Shown piece by piece: positions 48,901 through 61,899 of a stretch of 64,000 nucleotides of DNA. This stretch comes from Lepidodermella squamata. Taxonomy: Eukaryota; Animalia; Gastrotricha. A program made the position numbers and the translations under genes. The notes under the pieces were generated by a model, which had not been told where the DNA came from, searched no databases, and saw nothing but the letters and a program-made list of their open reading frames with translations. The stretch's first letter is position 1. Each line of letters starts with the position of its first letter. The stretch is from contig JBLDXI010000003.1 of assembly GCA_047495785.1 (NCBI GenBank), forward strand, positions 3,038,001-3,102,000. Direction: 5' to 3'.

Positions 48901-51414
48901 CCTGAGAAGGTTTGAGATTCAACTCGAGCGTTGACAACCTGGGGCGGTTGGCCACAAGTTTGGTAGTTGCATGATGGAACTGAGGTCCAAGAACCGGTCT
49001 GCCCATTGCAAACAGCGGTGTCAGAATTTCCGATTGAGTAAGAACCCAAGCAGCGATATTGAACAGTCGAACCACCTCTGCTGTTTGTACCATTGAAATC
49101 TTGATAGACAACCTCTGCGTTCAAGATGAAGAGAGCAGGGCCACATGAAAGGGGCGGCGAGCACTTTGGAATTTGAGTCCATCCTAAAGGTTGTGTCTGG
49201 CATGTGACTGTCTCCATTCCGTTCATTATGAAGTTGTTCTCGCATGCAAAAGTTGCGACTTCACCGCCTTGCTGGTTAGGAGTTGTATCTCTGAACGAGA
49301 CCATCTTCGCAAAACGAACCGTTGGCAGTTGTCCGCAAATCGTATCTGTAGTAAGATAAACGAAAGGTTTGAACTAAAGCTCAGGGATGGGGCTTACTTA
49401 TTATTGCTGCATCAGTGCTGGTTGCGCCGCCCGATGGCTGTCTTCCACTGATGGTGGTAGTGGCTGTGAGAAGTCTGCAAGCCGGGACTGCTGACCACCT
49501 GCCTCCGTTACAGGTCACAACGTCCTCGCCAACGATTTCGTACCGATCATAGCAACCATAGATAGCCTGAGTTTGATCATCGCTGATTCGCAGCACTCGT
49601 CCGTTGTCGATAGCAGGCAGAACACCGCATCTCGGCGTGCTCTGAGTTGTTGCTCCAGTGTTCGAAATGCATCGAGGGATGACTGACCAAGTTCCATCGG
49701 CCAAACACGATACAAAACCACTGGCACTCAACGAGTAACCATTGTTGCAGGCGTAGGTGATGTTTTGGCCTGGACGAGCCGACTGGGCTAGGGGGTAAGT
49801 TGCCGAAACAATCTCGCCGTTAGCTATCGCAATAGGGTCAGGGCATACTACGTCTCCAGTGGGGTCAGCTGTAGGGATTCGCGATTTAAGAACTGAGAAT
49901 CAGAAATTAAGGCAGGTACTTACTAGCAATCGGAACGCTGGTCTTAGCGACTAGTGAAGAGAAGAAGAAAACTTAGTTATAGATAGAAACTAGAGTCGAA
50001 GTGATTTACCGCAAATAGGCAGAGTTCCCCAGAATCCATCGTACCCGCAAATGACCAAACTAGTTCCAGAGCTGAATTCGTAACCATCCTGGCATTGGTA
50101 CCGAACTTCGCTCAACGGGACTGATTTCGAATCGGAAAAGGTTCGACTGGTAACTGTTGCAAGCTCAATCTTAGGAGCTGGTCCACAGGTAACAGTTGGG
50201 GCTGCTGTTGTAGTCGAGGCGATTGTCGTAGTTTCCGGGGTGTCGGAAACACAGAGCGGAACAAGACTCCATCTTGAAGATTCCTGGCATGTAATCCGCT
50301 TGTTGCTGCCCTGTGAAATCTGGTAGCCTGTTTGGCATTGATAGTCGACAGTATCGCCAACTCGGCTGATCTTCTCGAAGGACTTGTAAGTGATGACAGC
50401 ATTAGGAATCTGCGGATCACCCCCACATGAGGCTAGTAAAGATTCAAGCGTAAGTAATTAGAGAAATTTGAATTCCAAGGTGGACTCACCCATACAAACT
50501 GGTAATGTCGACCAAGTTCCGTCATCTTGGCAGGTCGAATAGAAGTTTCCTTGAAGAGCGAAACCTTCATTACAAGCGTAGTTGACGTAATCCCCGGCCA
50601 TGTAGACTCCATTCGAAGTTCGAGCTACGATGTACCCATTAGGAATGGGAAGAGAATCTCCACATCTTGCCAGATCATTTCCTAAGGGAAACCTTTAATT
50701 GAGCTGAATAAATTTCAGTGAAAATTACGATTTTTGATCATTGTGATGCTTAGAGCCACAATTCGACCAGTTGGGTTCGGTTGTAGTTCCCCGGGAGCTT
50801 TGAGTTCCTTGACATCTTTCAATTCTTGAAGCGATTGGAAACCAACATAAGTTTGATACATGTTAGTCTCAGCATCACTGGCGCCGAGTTTGTAGGGCAA
50901 AATCAAAGAAGACTGAGCCGGCAAGTCCCAGCGGTCGTAAAAGTAACCGAAATACTGACCAGTCTGGACTTTCAACTGCCTGCTAAGAGGCAGGGCGACA
51001 GTTTGCCAGCCAACATCAAGAGACTGAAGGTCGATCGCTACGAAATTTACGAGCTTGAACGATCCTGTTCGAAGTGGGATCGCCTCGAAAGTTGCCAGGT
51101 AAAATCGAGTTGTCGACGTAACTGTCTGCCGGTTGATGAAAGAAACTTGCGAGACAACTCCATCACACTCAGCTTTCATCCACAGTAAAATGTGGAGTAG
51201 CCCACTGGCTAAAGGGTAGGAATTAGGGGCACTGACATTTGCAGGAATACCGGCAGAGCATGCTAGAAATAAAATGTGAAAAATTCCACCTTAATAAATG
51301 AAAATTCAGACTTTCAACAAGTTGGCGTCTTCCGACTTGAATTCCAGCTCCAGAGGCCAACGCCACGCAAATCGCCAGGCCTATAAGGCATATTACCAAA
51401 TCTCGCCCTGTCAT
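39945..51414 (-). CDS. Giant secreted protein: unknown N-terminal domain, about 35 Sushi domains, divergent VWA
   Basis: Signal MTGRDLVICLIGLAICVALASG; N-domain WMKAECDGVV...GYFYDRWD...TYVGF; contiguous Sushi exons; LIFALD...RIVYLT...RIFVFAVG; ends FQNYFCGPK*. Confidence 0.83.
43233..43316 (+). tRNA. tRNA-Leu(CAA), intronless, located in a host intron
   Basis: GTCAGGA/TTCTGAC acceptor, CCAGA-CTCAAGA-TCTGG anticodon arm, long variable arm, GTTCGAAC, downstream T run. Confidence 0.95.
45535..45777. mobile_element. MITE with 8-bp target-site duplication (P/hAT-type)
   Basis: ~90-bp TIRs CAAG(T/G)GATGTTAAGTACCGGATGCAG...; TTTTAACG duplicated at 45527-45534 and 45778-45785. Confidence 0.88.
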
Positions 51415-51851
51415 TCAGTGTTAATCATTTAAATTCTAGTTATAGGCAAGAAATCAAGGTTATTATTCTAAAAGTTGAGCCATTTGTTCGTGCACTCTTG
51501 TTAATTCATAGTTTTTAGGCGACGTGCTCTTCTGCCTGCAGCAGCAGGGTGCACCAAGCAACGACAATGCCGCTCGTATAAACAGCGCATCGCAAATCGA
51601 TAGGCGCCCAGCCTAAAAAATGAAGGTGTGATACGCCTGGTGCTCGTATAAATGTGTATGGTGACTCAGCGATAAATAATTCAACAGTGCGCCATTTATT
51701 CAAGGGGATGATGTTGGCAAAAACAACACATCTAAAGCTCATCGTTGGTGAAAGGCTATCGATCATCAGGTTCCAATCATGATCGGAATCAGCTAAAAAT
51801 CCAGAACAATCACGAAAAATACTCAAATTTTATTCCGAAAATTGGTAACTA

Positions 51852-52407
51852 AATAAATCGTGGTCAGACTTTTTAGCAGTGACACTTCAGCAAATGAGGG
51901 TCAAATCAGCAGTGACACCTTTTCAGTAAAAATTCCATAAAAATCAAATTTTTGTATTAATTTAAATAATTCTTGTAGACAAGTGAGCAGTGACATTTCA
52001 GCAGAGACAAAATATCAGTGACTATTGAGCAGTGACTTTTCATCAGTGACAAATGAACAAGTGATTCATCAATTTTTATTCATTTATAACGGGCATTGAA
52101 CTTGCACTTTTTGAGCTCAACTTCAATGCAGCGAATAGTCCCCCCGCTGAATACGGCTGAAATTCTGTTGATGAAATGTCCCCGCTGAAATGTCACTGCG
52201 CAAATGTCACCGAGATAAAGATAATAAATTTGGAAAAATTTAGGATAAATTATCAAAAATCACTGCTGACTTGTCACTGATGATTTGTCACAGCGCAAAT
52301 GTCGCAGCTCAACTGTCACTGCTCATTTGTCACTGATGAAAAGTCACTGCTCATTTGACCCGTATTTGCTGAAGTGTCACTGCTGAAAAGTCTGACCACG
52401 ATTTATT
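51852..52407. mobile_element. Foldback-like element with reiterated CAGTGAC/GTCACTG subterminal motifs
   Basis: TIR AATAAATCGTGGTCAGACTTTT.AGCAGTGACACTTCAGCAAAT; motif orientation flips at the centre; TSD not resolved. Confidence 0.8.
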
Positions 52408-52559
52408 CAAGGCCGTTTATTTTCGGCAAAAAAACATTAATTCGTTGATGATTATCGCAATTGGCAAAAAATCCAGAAAAATTGTGAAAAAACTCTAATT
52501 TTATTCCTCTAATCACACAGCAACAAAATAATTTCGTGCAAAATTATCACATAAAATCA

Positions 52560-55500
52560 TTAAATTCTATAAGCCATCGATGGCGATTTGGCTGTGCACA
52601 AAAAGTTGAGAAAATTTGTTTCCGACAACAAATTAGAACTGAGCAAGGAACTCGACGCCAGGACGCGAACGAAATTCGGGTCGGAGGCGATTGATTTTTT
52701 GTACGCACCCTGCAAATCGGCATCAGTTAATGCCGATCCAACGCCAATTACGTAAGTCCTCATGGCGCCGCGTAAATTACGAATTGACGCCAATTCCGTC
52801 GCGGCGTTATCGACACTTGAAACCGGCCGGCGGGTTGAAGTTATCAGTACAAGTCGAGTTTCATATTGCAACGGCAAGACTGGTAGAATTCGAGTCCTGA
52901 CTATGCTCAATAGTCGCTGCAAATCTGTCGGGAAGATTACAACAGGAATAGGTTTAACACTTGAATCAAGCCAGCCATTCCATCGAGCGAAATCGGTTGG
53001 ATTAACCGATGTATCCAGGGTAACAATTTGCTCGGTTGTATCGAGCCCTCTTGCCTGGAAATTCGCCCCGCCGTAGCCGATCTTGACCGAATTTTCGACA
53101 AGGCTGCGAATGGCAGGTGGGACAGATTTCATGAAGGAAATCAGCTCATTCGCGTTATCGTTGTTAATACTGGCAGATTCAGCGAAATCGAGGATGAAAA
53201 TAACATTCAGACCCCCTGCTGGGCAGTTTATTGCTGAATTTGAACCCTTGGGTTGAAGAGGCTGGGCAGGCTGAAGCGCCGGCTGGCCATTTGCGGTTTC
53301 AGGCCCGACGCAAACTGGTAAAATCGACCAAACTCCACTAGGTTGGCAGGTTACGACCTGATTTTGCGTATTAGCCGGGGCAGCGCGGCATTTGTAAGTG
53401 ACTTTATCGCCGACGATGCTTCGAGTTTCGCCAACTGGGATTGTTGTATCGACTACGTCAGCGTTTGCTACGAATGGCCGGATGCCGCATGTTACGGCGT
53501 CGGTTGAGCGGATGGTGCAGGTTGGTAGGGGTGACCACAGGCCAGTCTCGCGGCAGCGGACCCGCGCTTCGCCGCTGATGACGAGAGGCGCTTTGCAGGC
53601 GTATTGAACAAAGCTGTTCACGGTACTGGCTGAGCCTTCGAAGTTCCGATCGGTTTCAAGTGCGTTCGGCACGATGGGAGCAACTCCACAGGTGGCTTCT
53701 ACGGGTAAAGAAAGAAGTTGAAAGTAGATGAAGATAATCAAGCTTCAAAAAATGTATAAAAATTAATTTTAATGAAATTAAAAAAAAAATTAAAAAAAAG
53801 TTTGAAATTGAATTTTAAATTTTAAAATACATTATTAAATTAAATTTCAAAATTTATTAGGCCTAAAAATTGAACTTACGATTGGTTACAGCGCTGACAC
53901 AAGTTGGCGATGAGCTCCATTTCCCACCCGCTTGGCAAGATACCGTTCGCGAGCCGATAAGGTTAAAACCAGCCCGGCACTGGTAAGTCACAAGGGTTCC
54001 GGTTTTGCTTTCTTGGTCGACAAAATTGCCGCTGATTATGCCGTTTTCAACATCTGGAGGCTTGCCACATGTATCCACTGCAAAAATTGCAAAAAATTAG
54101 AATGACAAATCTTATTACGAACTTTAAAAATATTCAAATTTAAAAGAAATAATTTTCAATTTTAAAAATATTTTTAGTAAATATTTTAAAATTTTAATCT
54201 AATTAATTTTTTAAAATTGCGGAATTGTCTTACGTTTCTTTGGTCGACAAAAGGGCTGAGCTGTCCATAGGCGAGTGGCTTGGCAGCGAATAGCGGCACT
54301 GCCGACGATTTCCAGCGAATCAGGCCGGCATTCGTACCAAGCTACGTCACCCTCAACGCTTGCGGAACCTTTCACCGTTGAAAACGTTACTACAGCATTT
54401 TGAACTGTTGGAATCGCGCCACATCCGCTAGCTACAATTAAATTACGAAATTCGATGAATTTTCTCGGAAAAATTATGCAAACCTTGGCTACGGCATTGC
54501 GGCGGATCGCTCCAGTTTCCGTCCTGGAGACATACAACCTGAGCGCTATTTCGGTCGATCACAAAGCCCGGGTTGCATTTGTAGGTGATGTAGTCACCCT
54601 GTTTCGAGGCTGATGTTTCGCTGAAAGATCGCAATTCTATAACTGCATTAGCAACAAGAGGAGCTGTGCCACATAAACCAGGGTCTGAAAATCGAATTTC
54701 AAATAAAGAAATTCGAAATAATTAATTCAGAATTCATACTTAATTTGCATTCGGGCGGAGATGATGACCAACGACCATTAGGTTCGCATGTCAAGACTTG
54801 CAACCCAGTCATAGTGAAGCCGGGCGTACAGCCGAAAACATAAACTCGGCCATCAGCACTGCTGTGAATTATGCGCGAATTGGGAACACCCGGTAAAGTG
54901 GGACATTTGAGGGCGACCGATTGACAAACGGGAAGTGAGCTCCAAACACCAGTCGAAGTGCATTGAACAACGGATTTAGCAGGGTCTACGAATTCGTAGC
55001 CAGGATTGCAAGTGAAAGTTATCTAAAAACAGAAAAAATGAAATGAAATGATTAAATTAAATTATATTCAAATTAATTTAAAAAAATGTACGAAATTAAT
55101 AAATAACATAAATTCAAATTGTAATAATAGATAAATGAGTTAAACATTAATTAAAAAATTACCTTATCGCCATCAGTTGCAACCAATCCTTGAAATGTTT
55201 TTTCGCTAATTCGACCGAATTCGACTTGCGGCAGTGTTTTACAACTAGTAGCCGGTACGCACTCAACCGGCTCCGTCCACGTGCCATCAGCGCCGCAAAT
55301 GACGTAATTATTGACCCTGTCGCCAACTTTTTGCCTGAATTGATAACCCTCCGCGCATTCGAACACGATAACTGAACCTGTTGGGGCGTTGAAAAGATTT
55401 CCAGCCGGAATGTTGGAGAACACGCTAACTGCATTGCGGATTTCAGGCCGTGGTCCGCAGGGCTTGGAAGTCGGCAGCTGGTTCTGCTGTTGGCACCTTG

Positions 55501-58500
55501 GCGGTTGGCTCCAGGTTCCGTTTCGAGTGCAGACGGTGTTATCTTTACTGCCGGATGTCAGAATGTTAGGTTCGACGCAACGATACTGCACTTTACTGCC
55601 TGTTGAGCTTGAACTGCCTTCGAAGTCTTTGAAAATCGTCACGCTATTGTCAACTCTCGGCGGGGCATTACATGTTGAAACCGCTGGCACAAAAAATAAT
55701 AATAAAATGTAAATAATCGCAAAGCTGTTTGCATAAAAATAAAGACTTGGAGCAATAATCACAGTTTTAAATTTTAAATTTTAAAATTTTTATCAAAATT
55801 GAGTAAGGGAAAATTTGTAACCAGTAAATTTGTAACAAAATTTGTTTCCAGCTTTTTTTGCGTTTTTTGCAATTTTGAATTTTATTACGGATCAATAATT
55901 AGCCAAAAATGACCCTGAGACCTTTGGATTTTTATTTTAGATACCTGGTACCCTTTGCCATTTTAAGGTAGACCGTCAAAGCAGCAAATAGCCAAAACAG
56001 CAAATGCGACAAAACAGCAAATTTTTAAACTTTCGAGATAACAGCAGAAACACGGTGCATCTTTTCCATAGAAGGCTTTTGCTGTTTAGTCGCGAAATAA
56101 AAAAAATTCTGTTTCGTCGCATTCGCTGTTCTGCGAAGTTGCTTTTTTGTCGCCGTACTCATTTTAAATGTTTGCTTTCAAGGCTACTGAAACCGAAAAA
56201 ATCACTGATTAATGAAATCGATGTCGGTTTTGTGGTCTTTAATCACGCGTCACAGTGGAATCTATCGGTTAGGTACGATAATAAAAAAAGATTCAAAGGA
56301 GAATTTGAAACCCGAAATACTATGATGTGTTGGCGCTGGAACCTTAGTTTTGGAACTGGAACCCTCAATTTCGAGTGCACGCTTGACGTATCGAAAATTG
56401 AATAATATAAATTTGTAAATTCCCTAAATTTCTGATTTAATTTAAAAAATTCCGAAATTCGAAACTCGAGCTCACTTTGGTCTCTGATGCAAGTTGGCAG
56501 TGGATTCCACTGATTGTTCGAACACGTTGAGACAGGGTCACCCGAAATAATGTAGCCCTTATCGCAGGCGTAAATGACCTTGCTCGACGAGGTTTTCTCG
56601 AGCACATAGCCGTTCGCGACATTCGGCGGGTTGTTGCAACCAGGAGCGGCTAAAATATGTTATAAAAAGTAACGATAATTAGCTTGATCTAAGTCAAAAC
56701 CTCTAAGAAGGCAAAGAGGCGGGGTAGACCACGCTTTATCAATGCAATAAATGCGTTCGAAGCCAGTTAAAACGTAATCGGTATTGCATTCGTATTCCAA
56801 CCAATCAAGCCCGCCGTTGGCAGTTGCATTACTACGTCTAGTCACCCTGCCGTTTTGAACAACAGGCTCCGCCGGGCAGGGAACTGGGCGCGTCGAAATA
56901 GGCGGCGGTAGGTCACGCTGGTCAGAAACTTCGATGCAGATTGGGACATTCGACCATTTGCCATTGGCGAGGCAAGTCGCTTGATCACGTTCGACAGTTT
57001 TGAAGCCGCTATTGCAGCGGTAAGTGGCTACGTCACCTTCTCTAGCGGTACCCGTGCCGTAGGTGGTGCGAGTTACAACTCCATTGCGAATTTCAGGCGC
57101 GCGACCGCACTCGGATCTAACGCAGCGCAATTGCGAGGGTGACCACTGTTTGTTAGCCCGACATGTGATTAGGATATTCGAGGCGTCTCCAGCGATTTCG
57201 GTGCCAGGATCGCATGAATACTCTACTTCGTTTTCGTTGGTCATTTTCACGGGCAGAGCGCGTTCGACGCTCGGCGGCCGTCCGCAAGGCGACGTTTGAG
57301 CAAGACCTTGACGAAAAATTGAAACAATTAATTTTCCAAAATTCAGAGATTTATTATTTTAGATTTATTTCTCATTCATCTTAGGGAAATATTTTCGAAT
57401 GAATAATTTCGAAAATTCTCAGACACATTGAACTGAAAAACAAACCAGCGTGGCGCGACAGTGGCGTGTCAAACACGCGCCCAAGTTGTTTTTTATGACA
57501 TGTTAAAACGATCGATTAAGGTGGGTGCAGGGTTTCAAGGTTAAACCGACTGGTTGGAAAGTGGAACAAAACAAGCTCGCGATTTCGGTATTAGGACGAG
57601 CACGTGGAAATTAATTGGAGTTGCATAACAACCCTACCTATCGGCCTATATAAACTTCGGTCGGCAAATCAATTTTCATCAAGCGTCTTCTCTTGTATTC
57701 TCAATTTATCAAGTGAATATATTTTTCCGAAACTTAGTGAACATGCGCGCTATTTTGGTTGTGGCTGTTGTCGCCCTCTTCTGCATCGGTAATATCCTGA
57801 AATGCGAATCCACATATGAAAAGTTGCATTTTTCAATAATTTTTAGTCGCCACCTCGGCGAACCTTGGGGTGTGTTTTTTTATTCACCCCGAATTTTCGG
57901 GTCGCCCACTTCTGAAGCTCACCTTGAAATGAAACTTTGGAGCTGTGCAGAAGACTTCATTGCCCGAAAACCTCTGGTGTTTACATCGAAAAATTTGTCA
58001 TCCGGCGCCTACACCTGAGCTTCCCGAAATTCCGGGTAGAATAAAAAAACACACCCTTGGCAAGCGTGGACGTGGCAACAATGTTTCCGCCTCGGTGAAC
58101 AAGCGCTCTGCCTCCGCCTCGGCCGGTGACAACCGTCGCGGTGGTCGCTTCTTCGGCCACAAGGGTCGTCGCGGCAACTTCGCCTCTGCCTCCGTCAACC
58201 GCCGCTCCGCCTCGGCTGCTGCCGGCAACAACCGTGGCCGTCGCGGCTTCTTCGGTCGCCGCCGCGGTGGCAACTACGCCTCGGCCTCCGTCAACAAGAA
58301 CTCCGCCTCGGCGAGTGCTGGTGACAACCGTGGTCGCCGTAGCCACTTCTTCGGCCGCCGTGGCTCCCGCTCGTCCCTGTCTGGTTCCTTCTCCGGCCGT
58401 CGCCACGGACGCGGTTTCTATGGCCGTCGTCATGGTGGTCGCTTCGGTCGCCGCGGTTTCGGATACGGCCGTCACGGTCGTAGTGGATTCTACGGCCGTG

Positions 58501-61500
58501 GTCGCCATGGCTACGGCTACGGTCGCTTCGGCCACCGTGGCTACTACGGCAGCAGCTCGTCCTCGGCCGGCGACTTCTACGGCCGTCGCAATGGCTGGTA
58601 CTGGCATTAAGCGTATTCGCGGAAGAACTTTTTTGCTCAAGAGTCGATTTTACGTCGAAATGCTAAATTTATTTATCCATACGGTTGCAAATAAGAGCAA
58701 GATTATAAGAGCGAATAAGATGACAATTTTTCTTTCCTATTAGATAATTTTTAATCGAAAATAATGCGAACTATCTTGGTTTTGGCTATTATCGCTTTGG
58801 GCTGTATCGGTAAGGGCTTAAGGTCTTCATCAGCCATTTAATCTTTGCTGTACCTTTTTAATAGCTCTCAGCTCTGCCACCTTCAACCAGAAGGAGGGCG
58901 GCCACAAGGGTGGTTACGGCAAGGGTCATGGCAAGGGTGGTCGCCGTGCCTCTTTCTCCGCCTCGGTCGACCAACGCGACACCTACGACCGCAAGTCCGC
59001 CTCTGCTGAGCAAGAAAACGGTGCCGTCGACTACGCCTCGGCTGATGCTTCCCACAACAAGAAGACCAGCGACAAGCGCAAGCTGATCAAGACCCGATCG
59101 GCCAGCGCAGAACGCGCCTCGGCAAACTACGAATCTGCTGGCAAGCGCGACTCCGCCTACGACCAGAAGAAGTCCAAGGCCGGCAGCAAGCGCCGTGGTC
59201 GCAAGATCCGTGAAAGCGCCTCGGCCGCTCAAGCCCAGCACGCCAACGCCTACGCCGACTCTGGCGCCGCTGCTGCTGCCCAGAAGCACCGCCGCAACAA
59301 GAAGCACGGCCGTGCTGACCACAAGCGCAAGGCTGCTTTCCACAAGGACCAGGCCCGCGACAAGAAGGGCGAGGTGATCGAGTTCAAGAAGAAGACCTTC
59401 GCCGACAAGGGCCACAACAAGGTCAACAAGTTCAGCTACGAATCTGGTGCCAAGAACTTCGGTGCCTACGACTCCGATGGTGCTGCCACCACTGCCACCC
59501 GCAAAAAGACCGCCAAGAAGGCCCATGGCAAGAAGGCTCGCCAGGCCCACTCTGCTGCCTACGCTTCCCGCGACTCGAAGGCCTCGGCCGCCGCTGCCTC
59601 GAAGAAGGCGAAGCGCAACAAGGCCCACCACCGCCGCGCCTCAGTCTCCGTCGCCCGTGACTCGCGCAACTCCCGCAAGTACAAGGCCAGCAGCAAGAAG
59701 ACCTCCGTCTCCGACTCTGCCCACGCCCGCAAGGCTGGAGCCAAGCACAGCCGCAAACGCGCCTCCGCCTCGGCTGAACGCCGTACCCACGACTTCCGTG
59801 GCTCATTCTCTGCCGGCGCTCGTGACTACGGCCGCGGCAAGAAGGGTGGCAAGCATGGCTACTACTACTAAAAACTTGATTCAAGCTGCCTTGTGAGATC
59901 AAATTATTCTTCGGTCTGAAGTGATGTTAAATTATTTATTAAGGAATCACCGAAATGTCCATGAAAATAAAGAGAGCATCAAGTTTTCATTCGCAACTTT
60001 TTTCGATTTTGCCAATTTTTTCGCTTTTGCATGAAATCAACAGAAAAGACTGTTTCTTGCCGAAATTAAGATGTAAGGAACTTACGATCAGATATGTTGA
60101 AGCATTTCGGGAAAGGCGTAGACCAGCCATCGAATCGGCATATAATCTCCGGCTTCGAGTTGACCTCCAGCTGGGCGCCTCGAATGCACGCATACTTGAC
60201 CACAACACCCACCCGACTTTCACGGGTCTGCATCACCTTGTCGTAGTCGAATCGATCAGATACAACGGCGTTCTCAATTGTTGGAACACGAGAGCAGTTC
60301 AAATCGCGCCGACATTCAGGCACATTCGTACTCCAGCGCCCATCAGCCATGCACGTGACCTCAGGCGCGCCTCGCAAAATTAGGTCAAATTCGCCAGATA
60401 CGCACTTGTAACGCACGTAGTCACCCAATTTACTCGTTGGCCCAGTTATAGACGATGTCTCAATAACTCCATTCGTTATATTAGGAGCAGGGCCACATGT
60501 CTCTAAATTCACAAAAAAAAAATTCAAAAAAATTCAAAAATAAATATTGAAAGCTAACGAATGCATGGTGAGATGTCAGTCCATTTCCCGATTTGGCAAA
60601 TTGACGTAGATTCCCGGCCATTTAAAATGAAGCCGGAGATGCATTCGAATGTAACGCTATCCCCAGTGAAACTGTCAGTTCCGGTCATATTTGACCTTAT
60701 TTCACGAGCGTTCGAAAAAGTTGGCTTAGGTCCGCATGTCCCTTTATAACAGAAAATGGGTTATTTTCAATTTTTTTGAAATTTTTCCTCGCTAACGTTC
60801 ACAGTGCGGCTTTTCGCTCCACGCGCTCCCACGACACGTAATTTGCGTAGGAAATGACTTAACAAACGCATAGCCGCTATTGCATTGATAAATGACGACA
60901 TCGCCATCTTGAGGTCGTGATTCATCCTTCAATAACCGGCGGTTGATTGAGGCGAAGTCAACGTCGGGAATTCGGCCGCAAGTTGGAATTTCAGCCACAC
61001 ATCTTGGGATATTTAGCCATTGCCCGTTCGAATAGCAAAGCGTGTCTTCGCCGATTTTCGGCTGCTTTTCGAAGCCGCGATTGCATCGATAGCGGACCCA
61101 AGACCCAGCTAAACTGCGGTCGTTCAAAAAATTGCTGTCGTCAATGGTTCCATTTGCGACTACTGGCGGAGATCCACAAGTTCCTTAATAATTCGACAAA
61201 AATTGAATATTATTAAAAAAATTAAAATGAAAAGAATGAATAATAAAAAAAATTAAATTGAATTTTTTTTAATTTCCTAAAATTTTAGAAAATAGGTAAT
61301 TTTTTTAATTTACTCAAATGTGTTCGATTCAGATTTTCAATTTTCAATTCTTAAGAATGATTAACATTATTATTATTTTTAGATTTTTCAATGTCTTAAA
61401 TTTCTAAAAAAATTCTTCATTACTTACTGATGCATTCGATGGTTGGCGACCATCTCTGAGTTCGCGGGTCACATTCTGCTGTATCGTCGCGGCCTCGCAA

Positions 61501-61736
61501 AATAAAGCCAGACGCACAGGTCACTACTACAACGTTGTCCCGAACTGTTCTGACCGAAGAAGCGTTTGCAATCTCCGGAGCTTTGCAGACCGGTTTTTGT
61601 TCTGAAAAACAGATAAAAATTTCGTATTAATATTTTTTTCAGCTGGAGCTAATTAATTCATACCCCTTGGACTTTCATTATAATCAAGTGCCAATAAAAT
61701 AGGAAATAGCGAAATAGCTACTACAACCGACTTCAT
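52560..61736 (-). CDS. Secreted protein: about 19 Sushi domains plus divergent VWA; hosts B4/B5 in a 2.8-kb intron
   Basis: Signal MKSVVVAISLFPILLA; phase-1 donor GTAAGT at 60085 joins in frame to the exon starting 57306; VIFILD...RLVLIT...RTYVIGVG. Continuity across the large intron is inferred. Confidence 0.75.
55968..56158. repeat. Degenerate inverted repeat (old MITE) in intron
   Basis: AACAGCAAATGCGACAAAACAG versus CTGTTTCGTCGCATTCGCTGTT arms. Confidence 0.55.
57743..58610 (+). CDS. Secreted Arg/Gly-rich protein B4 (paralog of B3), exon 2 interrupted by a MITE; pseudogene unless the insert is spliced out
   Basis: TATATAAA about 57647; exon 1 57743-57788; exon 2 from 57847; 192-nt insertion with in-frame TGA at about 57930; downstream sequence intact. 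Confidence 0.75.
57869..58055. mobile_element. MITE inserted in B4 coding exon
   Basis: TIR GGTGTGTTTTTTTATTC...CGGG / CCCG...GAATAAAAAAACACACC; CTTGG duplicated (alternative parse: GGG..CCC ends with TTG duplication); absent from paralog B3. Confidence 0.9.
58764..59871 (+). CDS. Secreted cationic Ala/Lys/Arg/Ser-rich protein B5 (350 aa, ends HGYYY); paralog of B2
   Basis: Exon 1 58764-58809 (MRTILVLAIIALGCI), intron 58810-58864, exon 2 open to TAA. Confidence 0.92.
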
Positions 61737-61899
61737 GATCTTAAGTTAAAATTAAAATAAACCTTTCGGTAAACATAAAGGTCCAGACTCTATTCATAGG
61801 AATTTCTCAATAAGGGTTATTTTTCGCACTTCAACTATGAAAAGTACTGAAAAACGTCATCAATTCAGGTATTTGTTTATAGGGTATAATGACGGGTTT

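Noticed and set aside
51852-52407. CRISPR-like array of CAGTGAC repeats
   Set aside because: Eukaryotic context, very short irregular repeats that invert at the centre, no cas genes.
12368-61736. Orthology to vertebrate complement regulators (factor H, CR1), factor B, SVEP1 or CSMD
   Set aside because: No serine protease, CUB, pentraxin or transmembrane segments in these genes, and the modules look locally expanded; no gene symbols assigned.
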